Below are positions 52,695 to 61,814 of a stretch of 61,814 nucleotides of DNA, piece after piece; within the stretch, counting starts at the first letter, position 1; every line of letters starts with the position of its first letter. Location of the stretch: the NCBI GenBank assembly GCA_012026655.1, contig JAAILG010001785.1:1-61814 (forward strand). Reading direction: 5' to 3'. Source of the DNA: Hydrolagus affinis (Eukaryota). Made by a program: the position numbers and the translations under genes. The notes under the pieces were generated by a model that saw nothing but the letters and a program-made list of their open reading frames with translations, made no database searches and had not been told where the DNA came from.

Positions 52695-54093
52695 GCCTCA
52701 CATCGCTGAACAAAATATTGAACATTGGTGAAGCCACATCACCCAAAGTAGTCTATTTATATTTTCTAAATCCAGTTGTCTAGAAGCCTGGCTACAGTGC
52801 TGTTAGCAGTGCTCTTTACTGACTCCACCCCTAAACTGCTGTTTGTTTGCAGTGTTCTAGGTCTGTGATTCACAATTCAAAATATCTTTTTTGATGCTTG
52901 ATGCTTAGCGCACAAACAAACCTAGGATGATGTGCAAAGAACATTGTATGGCAATGACATGCCTTATTTGTAAACCTACTTTAATCAAGGATCTGTTTTA
53001 ATGAGTACTGGTGCACCATTTCATATTGATGACTAGATCTTGAATTAATTGACAGAACTTTCCATCCAAATATATTAAGCAGACCTTAATAAAGGGAACA
53101 TTATTCTGGTTTCTCAACAGTTAGCCTTTGACCACGCTCTCTAACTGAGATGGACTTTGGCTGTCTACAATGTCCTGTACAATTCAGTTACTGTACATCA
53201 GGGTTCTTATATTAAATGAGCATCATTGCTTTGCCAGCAGCTAATTGTAGCCACAATTGCACAAAAATATATTTTCTTAAAAAGTACCAGCAGTCCTTTA
53301 TGCAATATGTTTTGCAGTTATAAATCTAGTTTTTAAGAAAGGGGGGTGGGAGGGTGAAGAAAGCTCCAAAATGTTTTTCCTCCGCAGATATTGTTTAGAA
53401 AAAAAATCATGTTAGGCATGGAATGCATATTCACAATAATCACTTTGTACTTTTTTTTCGTGTCAGTTTTTAATATTCTAGAAAGGCTTACGTTAGATGG
53501 CTTACAAGTCAACTTTCTGTTGGATGGACGGTTGTTGGAAACATCGTGAATGTTGGCAGTTTGAATATGGATTTTAATGTCTTTGTTGATGTGCAGTTTA
53601 ACATTTTATTGATAAGTAGTCACTTGTCTGCCAGTACGAGTAAATCCTATTGTAGTTGTGGAAGTTCATGCTATAATATCGTAACAACTTTACGTATAAA
53701 TGTTGCTGCTTATTCTGCATTGTGTAGGTAATATCAGGCATAAATGTAACTGAACCGACATTGTGTTAGAAACTTCCTAGTTTTTTGGGTTGCCCAGCCT
53801 CAATGTCTTGGTTCTAAAGCACTTTGTTGCTTATAACTTCTGATTAAGATATTGGATAGATTATAGGTTCTACTCTCTTCCCGCCTCTATTCCCCCCAAC
53901 ACCACCCACACCCCACAACAAAACAAGTTAGTTTTCAACTAACAGACTCTCAGCAAATTCAATTTTTGTTTTCTTGTGATTGTATCGTACAACCTAGATT
54001 GGTTTTGTTTCATCATCTGTTTGGTCTTTGTGGTTTGATCTAACACTAACTGTATTGTTTTATTACATCAATAAACATTATATGTGGACCAGG
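52695..54093 (+). other. HIF1A: HIF1A 3' UTR with conserved blocks
   Basis: Blocks at ~52750-52796, 53231-53340, 53651-53673 and 54025-54093 resemble the mammalian HIF1A 3' UTR as recalled. Confidence 0.82.
54070..54075 (+). terminator. HIF1A: HIF1A poly(A) signal
   Basis: AATAAA within the conserved terminal block CTAACACTAACTGTATTGTTTTATTACATCAATAAACAT. Confidence 0.85.
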
Positions 54094-54214
54094 TTTCACT
54101 CATTCGAGATTGTCTCCTTTGAATTTATTTCTTAAAAGAAATTTTTTGATTGTTAAGACTGGCTTTCGATTGCATTTTCAATATGATCTCCTGAATACCA
54201 TTTGGGGAAAAAAT

Positions 54215-54600
54215 GTTCTATGCTTCCTTGACCTCTCTGCTGCCTTTGACACAGTCAGCCACACAATCCTCCTATACCACCTCTCCTCCCAGCTCAATCT
54301 TCATGGACCTGCCCTTGCCTGGTTTGTATCTTACCTCTCTCTCCGTTTCCACTTTGTCGCCAACAATGGCTTCTCTTCCAGCTCCTGCACTGTCATCTGT
54401 AGCATCTTCCAGAGCTCTGTCCCTGGCCCCTGCTTTTCCATATCTGCATGCTCCCCTGGGGGTCAACTTCCACAGTTTTGTGGATGACACCCAACTCTTA
54501 TCTATCTGCCTCTGCCCTCGATTCCAGGACCACTGCTGTCCTGACAAGACATCAAGTCCTGGATGAGAGCTAACTTTTTACAGTTGAATGTTTAACAAAA
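54215..54600 (+). mobile_element. L2-clade LINE reverse-transcriptase fragment
   Basis: LDLSAAFDTVSHTILL...ALAWFVSYLS...FVDDTQL with frameshifts. Confidence 0.85.
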
Positions 54601-55464
54601 TGGAACCAATGCTTACACAGACCACTACTTTTCCTGGTAGAACTTAATTAGATGGACACTTCACAGCGATTAAAACAAATAATAAACTTCAATGATCAAC
54701 TATCTGAATGACTGTATTTACTGGAATCAAATTATTAAAATGTTCTTTTGGCTATTTCCGCATCAGTAATTCTAGGCCATTTCCCATTAGGGTTAACAAA
54801 ATTCTTGACCCGTCCGTAATGATCAGTGTAATTTTACCTTGGCAATCTTATCTTTTAATAAAAAATTATGACAATTCTTACTTATAAGCTTCATGTTTTA
54901 TAGAGATACAAAGTAAAGAAGCTTGATAGAGAATAGAGGAAACTATAGCTAAAGAGTCCTTTGGAGGAAAATCAAAGATGCTTAACACCATGTGGAAGGT
55001 GTGCCTGATAACTAAAATAACTAAGAAAGATTAAGGCCACACTTCTGGAAATAGGGTTTTAAAAAAAACCTAGAGGCCATAAGTGATCAACATTTTAAAA
55101 AAATTGGGTTAAGAATTGTAAGACTTAAGCTTTATTGGATAGAGCCTACAGCTTAATGAAATGCAAGAGAAAATGTATGAAACAAGGTTGATAATCCTCA
55201 GAGCTCTCCAATTTAAGCACTTGAATATCAAACGTCCTATTAATCAAAAAGGATGTAATCCTGAAGATAATAGAGTAGGAAGCATGTATGATTATCTAGC
55301 AAATAATTGTATTTCAGAGCAGTTTTGAATCAGATTCCCAATACTGAAGCTCAAATATTCTGATTTTACCATTAATATCACTTTCTATTGAACATTTTTC
55401 CAAACAAGGGTTTCCATCTGTAAACTTGACTTAATGATAATAATAGTTAAGTAAAGTTTAAACA

Positions 55465-55731
55465 ATAATAATCCTTCCATTTCTTCTAGACGCCTCAAAG
55501 CGCTTCACGGAATATAATGTAATGTGAATTGACTATATTTGTGGGCAAAACGCAGCCAGCAGCCAGTCGTGGATTGAAGTGATCAAATTATTTTATTATT
55601 CGTTCCTTGAGGGATTATTATCAGGCATAAGGAGTAAGGAAACTTGCGCAAGGTTTCCCCCTGCTAGGAATGGAATCTAGGTCTCTCGTTTGCAAGGCAA
55701 ATACTCTGAACCACTGAGTTACAGGACTCCA
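55465..55731 (-). mobile_element. SINE, internally deleted
   Basis: Family tail and head on the minus strand. Confidence 0.82.
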
Positions 55732-56920
55732 TAATTTACTCTCCTCTTTAAGGCACTCCCTCTTGCCCTGATAGTTGGGAGCGACTTCCCTGAGATTCTA
55801 CCCACGTGCCGGACACTATATAAATGCAAGTTGTTGTAGTTATTTTGCCTACATAAGGCATCCTTTCTTAAGTGAAAGCAAGCGATTGATGGTTAAAGCT
55901 AATGGAACACTTGGGAGGAATTAGGCTAGATTTTCTGGACAGAGGAAAGAAACTTCATTGCAAACGAGATATAGGTCCTGATGACTCCTGAATTAAAACT
56001 ATGATAAGGTATCCTGAATCCTTTATGTTTCCAGGAATTAGTCAATGTCCTTTTTCAAACGGGTGCAATGGTTAATTCTGACCACACGGTGACAGTGCAG
56101 ACACTAAAGTCTGCAGACAACAAACTAAAGTACAGTCCATGAACCTGGATAGCTTGCAAAACTCGTTTTTATCAACTCCCAGTTTCATCAATTTAAATTT
56201 CATCAACTCCCAGTTCATCATTTTGAAAGCCTGTGTGTGCCAGATGAAAGAGGCAACGTCTCAATATGCAAGGTAAGGAAGGTTATAAACTATTCCTTCC
56301 CCAAATAGGGGAGTGTGTGTTACAAGTGTGTGTAGGTGTGTGAGAGTGTAGGTGTGTGTGTGTGTTAGCCAAGACACCTAGAAAAAAAAACCTCTCTCAA
56401 GATACAAACTGGTGAAATAAAGCAATGAAAACCGATGCAAATGTTTCATCCTTACACAGTACTTGCTTCCTTTTATTTATAATAATAATCCTTGCACATA
56501 TTCCCCTTAACCACGTTTATTTCTATTTAACCCAGCCGCCCCTCTCTAAATAAAACGTGTATTTAGGGCTGAAATGCAGGCTTTTTAAAAATATATATAT
56601 GTATTAAAAAATATTATATATATAAACACATCAGTCACTTCCAATTTAAGCCCATTTTTTGTGTTTAAACCCCTTGGCTTTCAAACTGCAATAACATTAA
56701 TCCATTTCAGCAATGAATTCCCCCCTCCACACACACACACACACACACTCCCAATGTCTGCCTATTTTTGGGGGGGACCTTTGTGGACGTGAAAAGAAAG
56801 GAGCAAATGTATTGTTGTTCAGATTAAATGAAAAGACATTGTAGACAGACAGACAGACAGACACATTATGAATGTGCCTGTGAATGAACTTCACTGCTAC
56901 ACTCAGGCAGCCACACCTCG

Positions 56921-57070
56921 CTGTAGCTTTAGCTACGTGACCCCAGGCACTGACCTACTCTCTGCTATTTGAGAGTATGTACATCAGCAGCAAAAAAACT
57001 AATCGAGGACAGGCTATATCGCTTTCCATTTCAATGGTTCTGTAGCTTGCCTACGTGCAGAGAGGCACAC
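56921..57070. promoter_or_regulatory. Tandem bipartite hypoxia-response element (HBS plus CAC ancillary site, two copies)
   Basis: Two units CTGTAGCTT-N2/3-CTACGTG-N5-AGGCAC at 56921-56950 and 57040-57068. Confidence 0.6.
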
Positions 57071-58599
57071 GCCTCGATTTTCTACAGGAGTTTCTTAACT
57101 AAATAGCTACTGAATCAGTGGTGGGGGGGTGGGGGGGGATTAGCCAGATATGTATATGTTTATCTGTCTATCTGTCTCTCTGTTCTGAAAGCTATGAGTT
57201 GGCAACATCAATTCGCAAAGAAAAACTCACACACACACACACACACACAAGCTAAAAACTGGGAGATGATTTGGCATGTTTCTTTACAGCTATTGACTCG
57301 AGAAAGTGCTCTTTTTTCTGATGAAAGATGTAATATCTTAACGGGTTTGTTCTCAAAAACCTGCTGAGGATTTACAGCCTTTCGCTTCCCATTTTATTAT
57401 TTTGTTTGTTATAATCTCACAGTTGTCTCTACAGTAAAACTTGCATTAATCACACCTATTTGGTTAGAAATGTAAAATTTGTTGTCGCTGTCGTCAGGAA
57501 TAGAGGCAGTGGGGATTCTAAATCTGGACTATTTTACAGACGGGTATCTGTGACAGCTTTTGTACTAATGTATTTCCAATCGAAACGGTGGTCTTTAGTG
57601 CAGAAGCAGAATGGAACTGTAGTTAAAATAGACAAGCAGGATGAGGCTAGAAGATGAGGCTTGAAAACACTGCTGTGCGCAATTGGCTGCCGCATTTCGC
57701 CCACAAATAATTCATTGTACAGTCTATTCTGTGAAGCGCTTTGAGACATCTAGAAAACGTGATAAAGTGCTACATCAAACGCAAGCATTAAACTATTATT
57801 AAATACACAGCAGGTCCCTCAATGGGGAAAAAAAAACACCTCTATAACAACAACAATGCGCATTTGTATGACTAATGTATAACACTTTTCCAGGAGAGAG
57901 AATATCTAAAGCCTGTTAGACGTTAGTTGACCTTAATGTGAGCTGCCGGCATTTTCCAGTTTTATATTTAAGACTGCATCTTCTTTCAGGAGTTAGTTGG
58001 AAGTTTAAGGCTGATTCTCTCCACAAAGGCTGAGGCTGCCAATATGTTGATTCCCCTCGCCTGCTGGGGTCCCAACCTGACTGTTCAGTGCTTTGGGAAA
58101 GGCGCTCTATCTGTTGTTGTGGTTGTCCCACCATAGGTCAGAGCACTGAAACTCAATGAACCTAGGAGCTGGGTATCATCTTTCTGAGGGAGGAGCGTAG
58201 ACAGCCACCGAACTTCGTGGCCTCCACCTATTTCTCTGCCTCATTCATAATCCCATCAATCAATGGTTGTGTTTGCACATAGATTGCAAATATCGAGTCT
58301 CGGTTACAATAAATCCTTGCTTTTCATATATAGCACCTTATCACATCTTCCAAGACACCAAGGCAGTTCACAGAATATACTACACAGTGAAATTGACAGT
58401 ACATTTTGCTGGCGAAATTAAATGAAAGGGCTTCTTTTGCTTTCAACAACAGTCAACACAATGTATTAATAGTTATAATGTTGCTCAACGAGATAACCTA
58501 TTCCAAGAACCATCACATTACTGTATATAAATAGTATAACTGGCGCACTTCCTGTGTCCTAAGCCTTCATTCCAATTTGTTCTTGTTGAGTCACCCATC

Positions 58600-58950
58600 A
58601 AACTAAATCTCATCAGGATCAACTGGCTCCCTGACTCTGAAATGGAATCAACTTCAAGCCCCTCACTCTCGCACACGAATCCCTCCATGCCCTCGCTCCC
58701 CCCTCCCACCCCCATCTCAGACCTGCCTGTCCCACTATCCACTGCCCGGCCGCTTCACTCAGCTAACACAGACCTGCTGCCCATGCCATGACCCCTCCGT
58801 GCCACCAATGATAGCGTACCGTAGGCCATTGTACCCCCATATATCTGGAAATTGCCCTTCCAATTGCTCGACCTCGTTCCCTCTATCTAACTTTAAACCC
58901 CCACTGAAAACCCATCTCTTCACCAGCTCCTCTCTGGGCTGGTCAGGTCA
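58600..58950 (+). mobile_element. Degraded L2 3' fragment
   Basis: CAACTGGCTCCC...TTCAAG...TGGAA...TTTAAACCCCCACTGAAAACCCATCTCTTC (FKPPLKTHLF). Confidence 0.6.
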
Positions 58951-59539
58951 ACTCCTCTTCCCCTTTCTGCCTTGCTCAGCGTTCCAACCCCACCATTCTC
59001 CTGCTCTCCAAGACATTACCTTTTACATGACGTTTGCTGTACAAACGCAAGCCGTATCGTTGAGTCCGTTAACCGGTAGAGAACCATTTGCCCGTCAGGA
59101 TTTACTACAAATATTCCAAATAGTTGTGTTTGTTTTCCAACAGCCACCAAGCTTTTTTGGCCTTGCCTCTCCCCTGCCCCTTTCCCCTCATGTGAGCAGT
59201 TCATTTTAGGGTTCAGTCCCATAGGACTGAACCAAATGGCATTTCCATCCATCTGCGAACTTAGATGGCTAAACTTTTTGGCGTTTTCCAATATATTACA
59301 TAATAATGGGGTACCTATTAATGGCTTCATAAGATTGGCCCAAATATCACAGTTTTAAGTTTGAGAATCCTTTTTTTTTGGGGGGGGTGAGGGGAGAGAC
59401 AACAATAATACAAACTGAATTATCCGATGTTAAGTGGACAACAATACCTATATTGTAGTTGCCAACCATTTTGAAAAATGTGAGAATTTGTTTCACTCAG
59501 CTTTTAAAGACAAGTAAAGCAAAGTCATTGATATGATTC

Positions 59540-59540
<1 letters not shown>

Positions 59541-59588
<48 letters not shown>
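59541..59588. repeat. (TATC)12 microsatellite
   Basis: Direct sequence inspection. Confidence 0.95.
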
Positions 59589-61489
59589 ACAACAAGTTAT
59601 ACATTGAATAACATTATGTATTGAATAACAGTGCAAAACAATTCGTATGCATTTCGATTCTCTCTCTGTGTGTGTGTGTGTTTGTGTGTTTGTGGTTGAG
59701 TTGTGGTTTGAACAGCTCATTATGACTTGACTTCCGAGTGAGAAAAAGAGTTGGGTCAGGAGACGTGCAGAGAGTAGCATCACAGCGAGGAACAGGTCAG
59801 AATGGCCTTCTGTCTCAACACTCATTGTCTTTGTCAGCAATTGACTTAACGGTTTAGTTCAAAGAGGGGGGGGGGGGCAAACAATACAATAGATAAAACT
59901 CCTTTGCTATCTATTTGTTTAAATCTCTGTGATTTGTTTGTGTGTGTGTGGAGTGTGGACAGAGAGAGAGACAGAGAGATACAGATTTGTTGATTTGCCA
60001 ACTCTATAGTAATAAATTCATACAATGAGGGAGGGAGAGAAGACAATTTGACATTCATTCTTTTTTCCCCCCACCGCCTGTTTGGATCTATTGACTGAAC
60101 GAGATACATACGAACTTGCAAACACAGTTATGCTTCAAGAATGACTGTCCCTTGAACATTCAGCATTTGAAAGGAGGGGGGGAGGAGGGGGGGAAAGGAA
60201 ACACACACATACATATCAGTTTTTTTCTCTCGAAAGAGTTTGTAGGAACATTGCAAACCAGAAAGTCACTCGGTTTTTTTGTTGAACCCATCCGACATAA
60301 AAGTTCACATAGAAGTTACCAAAAGGCGCAATCAACCAAGACAGTAGAATAACAAGAATAATAAATCTCCACACAGTAACAACAACATAACTTGGCACTT
60401 TCCAAATCGTTTGGAAGTTTGACACTCCTCTTTCATCTGTGTCAGCATTTTAACATTTTAACATTTTAATTAGACCACTTATCAATCCTCATTCTTCCCA
60501 GATTGATATTCTCTCCCTCATCTGAACGCTTGACCTGGGGTTTGCTAAATAGACCCTCCCTTCCCATTAGCTTTGGTCACCAAAAAAACACCCTTCACCA
60601 ATACAACACAGCACCGGTCTCTTTCCAAATGCTCATAAAAAATGTTTTTATTTTTCGCTTTTAACCCCCTGTGGAAACTTGCAGTGATACATTTTTCATA
60701 AATAACGAATTATTATTTGCATTCATTACACAGACTCCAGCCCAAATGCTCTTTCTGTCTATCCTACCTTGTGTGTGCAAATCACTCCTGTGTTAGCACT
60801 CGTAGGGAAAGATCCATCGTCCTCCTATCTCGCTCAACAGTGGAGATGTGATGTGATGTGATCTGAACTGGACAGAGAGAGAGAGAGACAGACAGAGACA
60901 GATCCTTCGCTCTCGCCCTTTCCTATCACAGACAAGACTTGCAGCCGCTGCTCTTTCGTTTTCCCCTTTGATTGCTCAACACCCCATCCATCCATCCATC
61001 CCTCCCCCCACCTCACACACATCTCCCTCACCCACAAACTCCCAAACCAAAGCAATTCTTCCCCTTCCCATCACCAGCACTAAACACTGGCACCAGACTT
61101 CATTCATAACTACATCCCACCAGCAGCACCACCAACAAAAATATACTGTGTGTTTATATATATATATAAGATTACATATATATTTTAAATCTTGGAAAGA
61201 AAAATAAATGCATCAGATGAAGGAAATAAAATACTGTACCTTGATTGCTGCTGAGGGAGGGATGGAGGGATGGAGGGAAGTAAGTCTTGAACGAATGCAG
61301 AGGTTATCTCCCCACCCCCCATTTCTCTCTGTCTGTCTCTCTCCATCTCCCTGCACCTCCCCCTCCACCCCCATCACAATGACACGCAGTTCTATACATG
61401 ATTCACACTCGCCCACAGATCCTCTCCTCTGCACTTTTGCAAATCAACTCATTCCACTCACCCAGCACATGTAACCACTCTTGGCTCTC

Positions 61490-61720
61490 TGACCAATCAG
61501 GCTCCAGAGAGACCAAAATAGTCCCGCCTCCGAGGGGAGGGGGAATTCCGACACTGACCAATCATCACCCGGCTGCCTGCTGTGACTCCGCCCACCTGCC
61601 GCCCGGCCCACCAATCAGAGCAGGGTGGAGGCGGGTCTCAGTCCCGTTTCTCTTCCGGGTTTGAAGTGAGCCCGCCCCCTTTCACTGAGGCACGTGGGTT
61701 GTGAGGTGTACGTGCTGACT
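61490..61720. promoter_or_regulatory. Promoter-like GC/CpG-rich island of an unidentified transcript
   Basis: CCAATCA at 61493, 61558 and 61611; GC boxes; GGGGAATTCC (61540-61549); ETS CTTCCGG; CACGTG (61691); TACGTG (61709). Confidence 0.7.
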
Positions 61721-61814
61721 GGTATCAATACACTGGTGGTTAATCAGTAATAATACTAGTGATGATAGTAATACTAGTAATAATAGTAATACAATCCTTG
61801 CCGTGTGACATGGC

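Noticed and set aside
54110-54566. ORFs with reverse-transcriptase motifs
   Set aside because: Frameshifted L2 fragment, not an intact or domesticated gene
55000-61814. SNAPC1 or other coding exons downstream of HIF1A
   Set aside because: No recognisable coding sequence; ORFs are microsatellite- or TE-derived

Overview
Vertebrate genomic DNA, most likely a cartilaginous fish (holocephalan/elephant-shark-like, inferred from the SINE, CR1 and Penelope repeats and from protein divergence). The window holds the last two coding exons and 3' region of a novel-type protein kinase C gene (PRKCH by synteny, but epsilon-like in sequence). After ~20 kb of repeat-rich 3' UTR and intergenic DNA comes a complete 15-exon HIF1A gene (+ strand, CDS 27424-52694, 2517 nt, 838 aa) with a CpG-rich promoter and a conserved 3' UTR. 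A second promoter-like island lies at the right edge. The best candidate for an undescribed system is a duplicated EPO-style bipartite hypoxia-response element ~2.9 kb downstream of the HIF1A poly(A) signal, possibly a HIF autoregulatory element or antisense-lncRNA promoter. Other notable points are a 6-nt shifted exon-2 acceptor, a GC-AG intron 14 in front of the C-TAD exon, a Penelope-type relic with a minimal hammerhead ribozyme core, and several perfect hairpins at transposon junctions. Comparisons to human sequences are from memory, not computed alignments, and repeat boundaries are approximate.
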